64,000 nucleotides of DNA from Minisyncoccota bacterium (GCA_041664245.1 JBAYLC010000001.1:22654-86653), one strand, 5' to 3'. Positions 13,518-22,864 are shown, counted from the first letter of the stretch. Program-made: numbers and translations. Notes: generated by a model from the letters alone, not told the origin.

Positions 13518-13697
13518 TTTTTATTTAGCGTTTTTCGACGACTTTTATTGCCTTTATTATAACTCTTTTTTGTATTATTTTATTCCAATTTTTATACACA
13601 GGGTGAAATAAAAAAATTAACAATTATTTCTATTAATTAAGAGTATCATGGGGGTTTACAAATTTTCCTATTCCGACAATAATTGTCTGTACGAACT

Positions 13698-13772
13698 GGA
13701 GCGTTGGTGTAGCCTGGTTAACACGCCTCCCTGTCACGGAGGAGACCACGGGTTCGAATCCCGTACGCTCCG
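13698..13772 (+). tRNA. tRNA-Asp(GTC)
   Basis: Acceptor GGAGCGT/ACGCTCC, anticodon arm CCTCC-CTGTCAC-GGAGG, T loop TTCGAAT. Confidence 0.97.
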
Positions 13773-13831
13773 CATTTACAAAAAGATACTCGTAAGGAGC
13801 ATCCTTTTTTGTAACATAGTGAGTTTATTAA

Positions 13832-13958
13832 GGATTCGAACGGGAAAGGGGTCGGGAAAACGGAAGTTTTCCCGTGTAGGAAATTACTCAAAACCGAGAG
13901 GTTGTGAGAAGCGAACGGAGTGAGCGCGTTCGAATAGCGAAGCGCCCGTACGCTCCGC
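13832..13958. repeat. tRNA-3'-derived structured element
   Basis: Starts with GGATTCGAAC (inverse of the tRNA T arm) and ends with an interrupted copy of the tRNA-Asp 3' end. Confidence 0.7.
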
Positions 13959-14009
13959 TGATTAGAATCACTTAATAATCCGGCAATTGCCGGAGGATTT
14001 AGTGATTCA

Positions 14010-14053
14010 ATCATCCCGAGTGAGGTCGCCTTAAACGACCGACGAGGGAACAC
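14010..14053. repeat. REP-like palindrome, family A, copy 1
   Basis: 32/35 nt identical to 60046-60080; shares both ends with 18851-18881. Confidence 0.8.
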
Positions 14054-14215
14054 AATATAAGTCAATAACGTAAGGAAGGGGAGATAGCAATTAACAAGAT
14101 AAGTCGTGGTAATAAACTCGCCGATTGCGCGGCTTATTACTTGTATGCTTCTCTGTATTTTGTTAAAACAGAACTAGTAAAACGTGTAACTTGAAAATCT
14201 AACAGGAGGTTCATA

Positions 14216-14857
14216 ATGAAAGTATCGTCACTGGTATTTTTACTCGTTCTAGTTGTCTCCGTAGTATCTCCAATAAAAGGAGATATCGGCTTCGGAAGTT
14301 ATGTAGAAGGCGTTGGCGTCTTTAATGAAGGAGTGAAACCGTCAGCGCAAGGAAATTTAATCCTTTTCTACAACGATTATCGTGATAAGGGATTTGGTGG
14401 GTTCCTTAGAATTTCCGGTGTTTCCGATGACTCAGTCAAGGGTTACGGAGGTGGCTACTGGCAATCCCACTCAATTCCCTGGATTAGAGTAGGAGTCGGC
14501 GGCGGCGGGATAATTAGCCGTTTCAAAAATGCCCGGTATTTCGGTGCCGGATTAGTTCAATTAGGAAGCGATTCATCTGATTTCTATCTTTTGGCGACTG
14601 GAGAAGTCGGAGATAAGAATGAATATGGATATTCATACCGGATTGATGCTAGTCTTTTCAATCCTCAAGAATATTCAATACGCCTCGGATTTCTAATTGA
14701 GAGATTCTCGGGAATTGGCCCAAAGGTTATCGGCGACCTTGATTCAAAAGCAACATTTGAATTTTGGGCCGCGCTTCTTTGGAGTAATGCTGTCTTCGGC
14801 ACAGAGGGGAAAGATCCTAAATTACTAGTCGGGTTGCGCATCAACCTTGGTCGGTAA
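14216..14857 (+). CDS. Secreted orphan protein, beta-barrel-like
   Basis: SD AGGAGG, signal peptide, Gly/aromatic-rich alternating strands, ends LLVGLRINLGR. Confidence 0.7.
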   Translation: MKVSSLVFLLVLVVSVVSPIKGDIGFGSYVEGVGVFNEGVKPSAQGNLILFYNDYRDKGFGGFLRISGVSDDSVKGYGGGYWQSHSIPWIRVGVGGGGIISRFKNARYFGAGLVQLGSDSSDFYLLATGEVGDKNEYGYSYRIDASLFNPQEYSIRLGFLIERFSGIGPKVIGDLDSKATFEFWAALLWSNAVFGTEGKDPKLLVGLRINLGR

Positions 14858-14878
14858 TACGTCGTATTCTAGGAGTTG

Positions 14879-14913
14879 GGTCTCGGGTAAAAAATCCGAG
14901 ACCTATTTTTTTT
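14879..14913 (+). terminator. Intrinsic terminator
   Basis: GGTCTCGGG/TCCGAGACC stem followed by a T tract. Confidence 0.8.
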
Positions 14914-14948
14914 GCAATTTCGCGTCAAAATCGTTAAAATTCAACGAA

Positions 14949-15242
14949 ATGGCCGCTATTATTAATAAAAAAGAGCTGAAGCACATTGCCAGCTTGGCTC
15001 GTCTAAATCTGACCGAACGGGAAGAGGAAAAATTACTGAAGGACCTTCAAAATATTCTTGGTTACTTTAACGAACTTCAAACTCTCGACGTCTCTGGTTT
15101 TTCCCCAATGGCTGGTGGCACTTCTCTTAGGAATATTTTTCGGGAAGATGATTCATCAAAAAACACCAATTTAAGTTCGGGCGTCCACGCCTTTCCCGAA
15201 ACCGAAGGCGGTTATCTTAAAATCCCTCCAGTCTTTGAGTAA
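14949..15242 (+). CDS. gatC: Asp/Glu-tRNA amidotransferase subunit C
   Basis: HIASLARL, FRED, YLKIPPV; directly upstream of gatA. Confidence 0.93.
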   Translation: MAAIINKKELKHIASLARLNLTEREEEKLLKDLQNILGYFNELQTLDVSGFSPMAGGTSLRNIFREDDSSKNTNLSSGVHAFPETEGGYLKIPPVFE

Positions 15243-15297
15243 TAGTTTTTTATTCTTAAATCTTAAATCAAAATTCTCTATTCTTCTTCTTTAATCC

Positions 15298-16764
15298 ATG
15301 CCATCTTTCGATCTCAAAAATTTAACAATCAAAAAATACAGCGAAGGGCTTCAAAAAAAAGAATTTACCGCTCTTGAAGCCACTCAAGCCTTTTTTAATT
15401 TTATAAAAGAGACGGACAAGCGCATTGGTGCCTATTTAAGCCTTAACGAAGAAAACGCCATCAAGGAATCCGAACGAGTTGATTTGGCGTTCGCTAAAGA
15501 TGAACCACTTGGCGTGCTCGCTGGCGTCCCGTTGGCCATCAAGGACAACATTCTTATTAAAAATTTGCCGGCCACCGCTGGTTCGAGAATTTTAGAAAAC
15601 TACACTGCCAGCTATGACGCCGGCGTAATTCAAAAATTAAAATCTGAACGGGCAATTTTTCTAGGGAAAACCAATCTTGATGAATTTGCGATGGGTTCCT
15701 CGACGGAAAATTCTGGATTTCACATAACCTACAACCCCTACGATAATCAGCGCGTTCCTGGTGGTTCGTCTGGTGGCTCGGCCGCCGCCGTTGCCTCCGA
15801 TCAGGCTGTTGCTTCTCTCGGATCCGATACCGCCGGCTCAGTCCGCCAGCCAGCGGCCTTCTGCGGGGTGGTTGGTTTGAAACCAACCTATGGCGCTGTT
15901 TCTCGCTCTGGTCTAATCGCCATGGCCTCGAGTCTAGATCAAATTGGCCCGATTACAAAAACCGTCGAAGACGCCGCTATTGTTTTTGACGCGATTAGGG
16001 GCGAAGATCCGCTTGATGCCACCGCCGCCAAAGTTAATTATGGTAAGGAGCTTTTAAATCCCGACTTCAAAAAAATTACCAAGCTCACCATTGGTCTTCC
16101 TGACGAATTTTTCAAAAAAGATCTTGCCAAAGAAGTGGAAGAGGCGATTGATAAAGTGATTTCCGATTTGCGAACTTTAAAAATAGAATTCAAAAGAATT
16201 TCCTTGCCTCACGCCCGCTACGCTCTTTCTTGTTACTATATTATTTCTCCCGCCGAAGTCAGTGCCAACTTAGCTAGGTTTGATGGGATTAGATATTCCC
16301 GAATCAAAAGCCAAAGCTCACCCAAAAATTTACTGGATATTTATCTAACCCAGCGGGGCGAAGGATTCGGCACCGAAACCAAGCGCCGGATTATTCTTGG
16401 AACTTTTGTTCTTTCCTCCGGTTACCACGACGCCTACTATACTAAAGCCCAGCAAGTTCGTTCAATGGTAAAGGACGATTTTGTTAAGGCGTTTAAAGAA
16501 GTCGATGTGATTTTAGGGCCAACCACTCCCACACCAGCTTTCAAAATCGGCGAGAAAATTTCCGATCCGCTTTCAATGTATCTTTCTGACATTTTCACTG
16601 TTCCGGTGAATATTGCTGGCTTGCCGTCAATTTCTATTCCGGTCCGCCGTCCTCTTGAAGAAAACTCCCTCCCCATCGGTTTTCAATTAATCGGCAAAGC
16701 TTGGCGCGAAGCCGACATACTCGGCCTCGGCCAGTTTTACGAAAAAATCCACCAATCAAATTAG
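15298..16764 (+). CDS. gatA: Asp/Glu-tRNA amidotransferase subunit A
   Basis: Amidase signature GGSSGGSAAAVA, GKTNLDEFAMGSSTENS, NLARFDGIRY. Confidence 0.97.
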   Translation: MPSFDLKNLTIKKYSEGLQKKEFTALEATQAFFNFIKETDKRIGAYLSLNEENAIKESERVDLAFAKDEPLGVLAGVPLAIKDNILIKNLPATAGSRILENYTASYDAGVIQKLKSERAIFLGKTNLDEFAMGSSTENSGFHITYNPYDNQRVPGGSSGGSAAAVASDQAVASLGSDTAGSVRQPAAFCGVVGLKPTYGAVSRSGLIAMASSLDQIGPITKTVEDAAIVFDAIRGEDPLDATAAKVNYGKELLNPDFKKITKLTIGLPDEFFKKDLAKEVEEAIDKVISDLRTLKIEFKRISLPHARYALSCYYIISPAEVSANLARFDGIRYSRIKSQSSPKNLLDIYLTQRGEGFGTETKRRIILGTFVLSSGYHDAYYTKAQQVRSMVKDDFVKAFKEVDVILGPTTPTPAFKIGEKISDPLSMYLSDIFTVPVNIAGLPSISIPVRRPLEENSLPIGFQLIGKAWREADILGLGQFYEKIHQSN

Positions 16765-16781
16765 TTTATAATCAAAACACC

Positions 16782-17348
16782 ATGCCCACACCCGACGTCT
16801 TTATCTCCAAGTTAACCGCCGACGTAACTCAAAATCCCCACTTTGTTTTTTGGCAGGCGCAAATCTCTAATTTTTGGGATCAAAATGGCGGTTTATTTAA
16901 GGCCATTAGCATTCTAATTTCCCTCGCGATGATTAGTTTTGTAATTTACTTCGCGATTAAAATTGGCTGGTGGTCCAATAGAACTGATCGGATAAAAGAC
17001 GTGATTTTGCGCTCGAATATGCCGAAAAAACGTTCACTGAAAATTTGGAAAGAAGTTGAGCATCATCTTTTTACCGGTGATGATAATAGTTTAAAACTCG
17101 CCATCCTTGAAGCCGACAAAATTTTAGACGAAGCTTTGCGAATTTCCGGCTACCTGGGCGAAAGTTTAGGCGACCGGCTTAAAAAAATAAAAATCGAACA
17201 AATGCCTATGATCGAAGAAGTTTGGGAAGCTCATAAATTAAGAAATCGAATTGTTCATGAACCGGATTTCAAAATCAACCGCGATCTCGCCGAACGCGCT
17301 TTGGATATCTATCGCAAAACTTTTCAGGACTTAGGTTTGCTTGATTAA
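16782..17348 (+). CDS. Conserved hypothetical membrane protein
   Basis: One TM, then AILEADKILD...GDRLK...AHKLRNRIVHE (HEPN-like RNxxxH). Confidence 0.75.
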   Translation: MPTPDVFISKLTADVTQNPHFVFWQAQISNFWDQNGGLFKAISILISLAMISFVIYFAIKIGWWSNRTDRIKDVILRSNMPKKRSLKIWKEVEHHLFTGDDNSLKLAILEADKILDEALRISGYLGESLGDRLKKIKIEQMPMIEEVWEAHKLRNRIVHEPDFKINRDLAERALDIYRKTFQDLGLLD

Positions 17349-18614
17349 TTTTGTAATTCCGGCAACTGCTTGCTTGAATTTATCTCCCCGGTCGGCATAG
17401 TTTTTAAACATATCAAAACTGGCCGCTCCTGGGGAAAATATTATATTTTGTATTTTTTTAGTTTCATCTTTTTTGGCTTCTTTTATTGATTCCTGAAGCG
17501 CCGCCTCTAAATTATCAGTCATAAGAGTTTTTACTCCAGCGCTCTTAACTGCCGTCAAGATTTTGTTTTTATTTTCCCCTAAAAGAATTACCGCACCAAT
17601 TTTTTCTTTCCTTAACGCCTGATTTAGGGGAGCGTAATCCAAATTTTTATCCTGCCCGCCGGCAATAAGAATCTTACCCTCACTAGGAAAAGCTTTAATC
17701 GCCGCCGCCGAAGTTTGTGGGTTTGTTGAAGCCGAATCGTCGTAAAATCTCAAGATTTTATTTTCCGAAATTTTTATTTCCTTTATGAATTCAAGCCGGT
17801 GCTTGAGTCCGGTGAATTTTTTAATTACTTCGATAACTATTTCTTTTGGAATTCTGAATTGCGAAGCCACCGCCTCCGCCATCGCCGCGTTTTTGAAATT
17901 ATGAAAACCTCTTATTCTCATCTCGCTCTGTTTAACTAAATTAAATTTTTTATAATCCACCGCGAATTTAACCGCTGGGCTCTCTGAGGCTAATTTTCGG
18001 CTATTTTGGTTGTCCGCAAAAAAGAAAATTTTATCGCTTCTCTTCTGGAATTTTCCCATATTAGCTTTCGCTGTGTAGTATTCTTTCAAATTCGAATGGG
18101 AATCTTGATGGTCTGGAAATATATCCAAAACCACCGCTATCTCTGGCGATGCCTCTAAATCCTGAAGTTGGAAGCTGGAAAGCTCTAGTATCGCAAGCTG
18201 ATATTTCTTTTGGTCGGCCAGGAAATCCAAAGCCGATTTACCAATATTTCCTGCCAAAAAAACTCTTAATCCGCCGGCTTTAAGAATTTCGTAAATTAAA
18301 GTAGAAGTTGTGCCCTTGCCCTTTGTTCCGGTTACGCCAATTATCTTGCCGTTATAATTTTCAAAAAATAATTTCGTGGCGCTCGAAAATTCCACCCCCG
18401 CTTTTCTAGCCGCCCTTAACTGAGGTAGGTTGTAAGGCACGCCTGGCGAGCGAAAAATTACCTCAAATCGTTCTAAATTATCTAGATAATTTTCTCCATC
18501 CTTTTTATCCAAAATCTCAATTTTATAGTTTTTAAATCTTGGATATTTCTTCAAAAACTTCAAAATCGATTTTCCTTCCCGTCCAAAACCTATTATTGCC
18601 GCTCTTTTTTCCAT
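17331..18614 (-). CDS. murD: UDP-MurNAc-L-Ala-D-Glu ligase
   Basis: GVTGTKGKGTT, ELSSFQL, HRLE, SPGAASFDMFKNY; start uncertain. Confidence 0.95.
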   Translation of the reverse strand: MEKRAAIIGFGREGKSILKFLKKYPRFKNYKIEILDKKDGENYLDNLERFEVIFRSPGVPYNLPQLRAARKAGVEFSSATKLFFENYNGKIIGVTGTKGKGTTSTLIYEILKAGGLRVFLAGNIGKSALDFLADQKKYQLAILELSSFQLQDLEASPEIAVVLDIFPDHQDSHSNLKEYYTAKANMGKFQKRSDKIFFFADNQNSRKLASESPAVKFAVDYKKFNLVKQSEMRIRGFHNFKNAAMAEAVASQFRIPKEIVIEVIKKFTGLKHRLEFIKEIKISENKILRFYDDSASTNPQTSAAAIKAFPSEGKILIAGGQDKNLDYAPLNQALRKEKIGAVILLGENKNKILTAVKSAGVKTLMTDNLEAALQESIKEAKKDETKKIQNIIFSPGAASFDMFKNYADRGDKFKQAVAGITKLIKQT

Positions 18615-18677
18615 TTCCTGTATGATTACACTAAATTTATTTTTTGACAATTCTAAGGGATAAAAATATAATACGCC

Positions 18678-18749
18678 CGCGGGGTGGGGGAAGGGTTACC
18701 CTGGGAGCCCCATAAGCTCTCGGAGCAGGTTCGAGTCCTGTCCCCGCAA
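18678..18749 (+). tRNA. Atypical tRNA with CAT anticodon (initiator-like acceptor stem)
   Basis: CGCGGGG/CCCCGCA (C1:A72), anticodon arm GGAGC-CCCATAA-GCTCT, T arm GCAGG-TTCGAGT-CCTGT. Confidence 0.85.
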
Positions 18750-18753
18750 CACT

Positions 18754-18926
18754 AAGTTTTTCTTAGCTTATAAATAAGCTTAGAAAAACTTGTGCCCTTC
18801 CGTAGCTTTAGCGAAGGAGGGCTCACCTCATTTATTTTTTTGGATTCTAAATCATCCCGAGGCGTTTCGCCGAGGGAACACCTTTTAGATTTTGTTATGC
18901 CCGAAGAAGCGTAGCGAAAGCGGGGC
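18754..18926. repeat. Cluster of four palindromic/REP-like elements
   Basis: Hairpins at ~18754-18791, 18794-18822, 18851-18881 and 18899-18926. Confidence 0.7.
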
Positions 18927-18957
18927 AACGTAATAATTAGGTGTTATAATTAAAACT

Positions 18958-19509
18958 ATGTCAGTGAAGATAACTCTTCTTGGTAGTTTACCCAAAGGAG
19001 ACGAAGCTAGAAAACAATTCAAAGACTGGAAGATTGAATATGAAGAAAAAATTCGGGCTACGATTCCGAATTCCAATTTTCTGCACGGAGATTTAGTAAG
19101 CGATACGATCGGTCCCGAATTAGTTGTTGGCCATGATCTCTGGCTTATTAAAAACTCCGACATAATTGTTGTAAATGCGAGTTCCAAAATAGGCGCCGGC
19201 ACCGCTCAAGAGATTCTTTACGCTAAATATTGCAAAAAACCCGTAGTATCCGTATTGCCGAAAAACACCCACCATCGACGATCGAACGTTGTATTTCAAG
19301 GCACAGCCATAGAAGATTGGATTCATCCGTTTATTTTTGTTTCTTCAGATTATATTGCGGAAACTCTCGAAGATGCCGCGAACTGGATTGCGCTTTTTAT
19401 TAAAACCCCCACCCCAGTTAAAGGCATAACCATATTTGAAGAGGTTACGAAACAATTTGAAAAAGAATTTCCCGATATCGTTTCGGAGTACAAAAATAAA
19501 GGTTGGTAA
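18958..19509 (+). CDS. Nucleoside 2-deoxyribosyltransferase-like protein
   Basis: DLWLIKNSDIIVV...GAGTAQEILYAKYCKKPVV. Confidence 0.65.
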   Translation: MSVKITLLGSLPKGDEARKQFKDWKIEYEEKIRATIPNSNFLHGDLVSDTIGPELVVGHDLWLIKNSDIIVVNASSKIGAGTAQEILYAKYCKKPVVSVLPKNTHHRRSNVVFQGTAIEDWIHPFIFVSSDYIAETLEDAANWIALFIKTPTPVKGITIFEEVTKQFEKEFPDIVSEYKNKGW

Positions 19510-19524
19510 TATTTATAACAATAG

Positions 19525-20067
19525 ATGAAAATAACCTACTTCGTTCACGGCACAACAACTGACAACGAAAAAGACCTCGCCACCGGCTGGGCGCCGGGCG
19601 AGCTTTCCGAACGCGGCATAGAACAATCAAAAAAGCTGGGAGAGTTAGTCGCCGATAAAATTTTTTCGGTTGTATTTTGTTCCGACTTGAAGAGGGCAAT
19701 AGATTCTGCACAACTATCTTTTGGTAGTAAATATGAAATTATTCCCGATAGCCGGCTTCGCGAAGCAAATTATGGCGACTTCACTCAAAAATCGGCATCA
19801 GAATTTAAGAATAATATGGATAAATATATAGACACTCCTTTCCCCAACGGCGAGAGTTACAAAGATGTTGAAAAACGCATTGCGGATTTTCTAAAAGAAA
19901 TCTCACCAAAATATAGTGGGAAGCATATTGCTATTGTTGCCCATCAAGCCCCTCAACTTGCGCTTGATGTTCTTTTAAAAGGCAAAACGTGGAATCAAGC
20001 AATCGTCGAAGATTGGCGGCACACTAAATCGTGGCAACCCGGATGGGAATACACAACTAGAAATTAG
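19525..20067 (+). CDS. Histidine phosphatase (PGM-like) family protein
   Basis: VHGTT (RHG variant), SDLKRA, LREANYG, FPNGES, IAIVAH. Confidence 0.85.
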   Translation: MKITYFVHGTTTDNEKDLATGWAPGELSERGIEQSKKLGELVADKIFSVVFCSDLKRAIDSAQLSFGSKYEIIPDSRLREANYGDFTQKSASEFKNNMDKYIDTPFPNGESYKDVEKRIADFLKEISPKYSGKHIAIVAHQAPQLALDVLLKGKTWNQAIVEDWRHTKSWQPGWEYTTRN

Positions 20068-20093
20068 GTAATCTTTTTAAAAATATTCTTTTG

Positions 20094-20167
20094 TGGCTGG
20101 GGTGGGAATCGAACCCACGACCTTAGCGTTATGAGTGCTACGCTCTAACCGACTGAGCTACCCAGCC
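20094..20167 (-). tRNA. tRNA-Met(CAT), elongator type (Ile2 not excluded)
   Basis: Minus strand GGCTGGGTAGCTCAG...TAGCA-CTCATAA-CGCTA...TTCGATT...CCCAGCCA. Confidence 0.93.
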
Positions 20168-20254
20168 ATTTTGAGTTGTTTAATTTATACAATAATCAGC
20201 TGATTATTCCAATAGTTATGATTCTTAACTCTAAGCGAGCAGGGAATCGTCATG

Positions 20255-20283
20255 TTGACTTTTTGTTAATAATAATGTAGAAT
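20255..20283 (+). promoter_or_regulatory. Sigma70 promoter
   Basis: TTGACT-N17-TAGAAT. Confidence 0.7.
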
Positions 20284-20319
20284 GCCACCAGAAGATTAAT
20301 TATTAAAGAAAGGATTTTT

Positions 20320-20712
20320 ATGGCAGAGCGCGCAAATTGCGAAGCAGAAGAAAGATATTTTCTCCTTGAATTTGCCCTAGGCAAACTCAGAGGCGATGGA
20401 AGTGAGCGAGTCGAGAAACATTTAACTGGGTGCGAGTGCTGTCGAGATTCTCTTGAATTCATAAAGAGATTCATCCACGATTTTCAGATTCTTGAGAAAT
20501 TTGAATGTCAGAAGCATGTTACTAATGAAGAGATCATCGATCTCGCCGAAAAGTACCCGAACCTACTAGATCTATCCGACAAACCAAGGGTAGAGCCAGA
20601 AGAGATTCAAAAAACTGCCCTTCATTTTCTATTCTGTAGTGAATGCAGGGATGTATTTACGTGGATGGTAGAGTTAGACCGTAACCTCGTAACCAACCCC
20701 CAAGAAGATTAA
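20320..20712 (+). CDS. Protein with two zf-HC2 (anti-sigma-type zinc finger) motifs
   Basis: HLTGCECC and HFLFCSEC (HxxxCxxC twice). Confidence 0.7.
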   Translation: MAERANCEAEERYFLLEFALGKLRGDGSERVEKHLTGCECCRDSLEFIKRFIHDFQILEKFECQKHVTNEEIIDLAEKYPNLLDLSDKPRVEPEEIQKTALHFLFCSECRDVFTWMVELDRNLVTNPQED

Positions 20713-20727
20713 GTTCTTCGATTCAAC

Positions 20728-20757
20728 AAATCCCCGCCGTCAAAGCGGGGATTTTCT
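20728..20757 (+). terminator. Intrinsic terminator
   Basis: TCCCCGC/GCGGGGA stem followed by TTTTCTT. Confidence 0.75.
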
Positions 20758-20835
20758 TTACTTCGTGAGCCCTATTCCATTATCAATCTAAAAAATTTGC
20801 CTCCAGTTCCCAAAATCTGATAATCTTGATAGATA

Positions 20836-21978
20836 ATGAAACCCGAAATTATTATTCCCTCCGAGGAGGAAAAAAAGTTACGCGTTGAAATTGAGCAGAA
20901 AACCGACGCGGAATCTTTGCGTCTAAACAAATTCCTTAAAATGCCGGACCTTTCCCGTGAAGAGGGAAGTCCGATTTTTGAACTCGCCAAGCGGATTATG
21001 GAACTTCCCAGCTTGAAAGATTTTGACGTTATTAAAGTTCCCGAAATTGTGCCTGTGCATGAAAGCTTTGATCTTTTTAACTTTCCACCAGAACATCCTG
21101 CCCGCAGCCGTTCCGACACCTACTATATTAATAACGAAAATATCCTCCGCACCCACACCACGATAATGTGGTACTACTATTTAGGCTTGCCGGAAATCAA
21201 AGAAAAGATTTCCCGCGGCGAACCGCTTGGCGTTCTCTCTTACGGCAAGGTTTATCGTAAAGATGAAATCGATCGAAGGCATATGAATGTGTTTCACCAA
21301 ATGGATGGGCTCTACATCTGCCGACGGGAAGAAAAAGAAATTGGCGTTCCCGAGCTTCAAGGCATTTTGGTAAAAATTGCCCAAGCGATTTATGGAGCGG
21401 ATATTAAATATCGTTTCAACAAAGATACTTTTCCTTACACCGATCCTAGTTTGGAAATGGAGATTGAATTGAACGGCCGCTGGGTAGAAGTTCTGGGAAG
21501 CGGCGTGGCCCACTCCAAAGTTTTAGATGCCTTAGGCGTGGATTCAAAAATCTATAACGGCTGGGCCTTTGGTTTCGGTTTGGAGCGCCTCGCTATTTTG
21601 AGCATGGACTTGCCCGACATCCGGCTTCTCTGGTCGGAAGACGAAAGAGTGAAACGCCAGCTAAAACTCGGCCAAGCCTTTAAGGAGGTTAGTAAATTCC
21701 CGTCGATAACGAGAGATATTTCTTTTATCGTAAATTCTGATTTTATGCCGAATAATTATTTTGATTTAATTCGCGACATCGGCGGTGATCTCGTTGAAGA
21801 AGTGTCACTGATGGACAAATATGAAAATCCCGAAAAATTCGGCGCTGGAAAAACCAGCTACACTTACCATATTATCTATCGCAGCAGCGAACGCACGCTT
21901 TTGGTTGAAGAAATTAATCCTATTCAAGAAAAACTCGTTGAGGAAACTAAGCGCCAATTTGGCGCTGATGTAAGATAA
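20836..21978 (+). CDS. pheS: Single-chain phenylalanyl-tRNA synthetase (PheS core plus FDX-ACB anticodon-binding domain)
   Basis: HPARSRSDTYY, LRTHT, FHQMDG, FPYTDPS, GWAFGFGLERL, then SKFPSITRDISF...YRSSERTL. Confidence 0.93.
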   Translation: MKPEIIIPSEEEKKLRVEIEQKTDAESLRLNKFLKMPDLSREEGSPIFELAKRIMELPSLKDFDVIKVPEIVPVHESFDLFNFPPEHPARSRSDTYYINNENILRTHTTIMWYYYLGLPEIKEKISRGEPLGVLSYGKVYRKDEIDRRHMNVFHQMDGLYICRREEKEIGVPELQGILVKIAQAIYGADIKYRFNKDTFPYTDPSLEMEIELNGRWVEVLGSGVAHSKVLDALGVDSKIYNGWAFGFGLERLAILSMDLPDIRLLWSEDERVKRQLKLGQAFKEVSKFPSITRDISFIVNSDFMPNNYFDLIRDIGGDLVEEVSLMDKYENPEKFGAGKTSYTYHIIYRSSERTLLVEEINPIQEKLVEETKRQFGADVR

Positions 21979-21991
21979 AATTAAGATAGCG

Positions 21992-22864
21992 TTAACCTCC
22001 GCTTACAGCCGAAAGGATAATCACTCCGCTAACTGCCAGCATAATTCCCACCACTTGGTGCCAATTTACTTTTTCTTTGTTAACGAAAATTCCTAAACCG
22101 ACGGTTAACGCTATATAGCTTTCTGAAATCGTCGTCGCGATGGATATTGGAATATAAGTTGTCGCAAAAGCGTAGGAGATCCAAGCCGCGTTATCAAACA
22201 CACTTGAGCTAGCGATAACTTTGGTATGTTTTTTAAAATCTCCCACCAAACTTTTGGTCGTTCCTTTGGCTATAAAATAAATAAAACAAAAAACTGCGGT
22301 CATCAAACTCGTAAACCAAATTGTAAATAAGGCCGAAGTTTCTTGGCTTGATAGGCCAACCAAAAAATTTGCCGCTCCCATTAAAATTGCCCCCAAAAGA
22401 GCGTAAAGCACTCCCTTCTCAAGAATTCTTTTATGGTAATGAAGATGGGTGTGATGTTTTGTCATTGCCAGAACCACCCCCACAAAAACCACTAGAATCA
22501 AAAGCCACTGAACTAAATTCAAATTTTCGTGGGCTAAAAACACTCCCAAAATTACCGCCACCGGCAACTCTATGCTCAAAATCGGTTCAACAATCGCCAA
22601 TTTTCCAATTTTATAAGATTCAAAAATTAAAAGAGCCATCACGAAGATCGCCACCCCCGCCGCCAAAAGAAAAGCCATGCCTCTCGGGTCATTCAAGGCC
22701 TCTCCTATTTCGCTCTCAATAAAAGGAAATAAAACTACCACCGCCGTGAGACAAATAAAAAAAAGTGATTTCCAAATCCCAATTTCTCGGGTTGCCCGCT
22801 GAATACAAAAATCTCCAAAACCCCAAAAAAGCAAAGCGCCCAAGGCGAAGATTATTCCCAGCAT
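21992..22864 (-). CDS. DMT/EamA family transporter
   Basis: About 10 TMs in two repeats, FWGFGDF, GIFVNKEK. Confidence 0.88.
   Translation of the reverse strand: MLGIIFALGALLFWGFGDFCIQRATREIGIWKSLFFICLTAVVVLFPFIESEIGEALNDPRGMAFLLAAGVAIFVMALLIFESYKIGKLAIVEPILSIELPVAVILGVFLAHENLNLVQWLLILVVFVGVVLAMTKHHTHLHYHKRILEKGVLYALLGAILMGAANFLVGLSSQETSALFTIWFTSLMTAVFCFIYFIAKGTTKSLVGDFKKHTKVIASSSVFDNAAWISYAFATTYIPISIATTISESYIALTVGLGIFVNKEKVNWHQVVGIMLAVSGVIILSAVSGG

Noticed and set aside
13592-13600. DnaA box TTATACACA in AT-rich intergenic DNA
   Set aside because: A single box with no cluster and no dnaA/dnaN nearby is not enough to call oriC
13648-14065. 91-aa and 115-aa ORFs
   Set aside because: They overlap tRNA-Asp and palindromic elements, so are likely spurious
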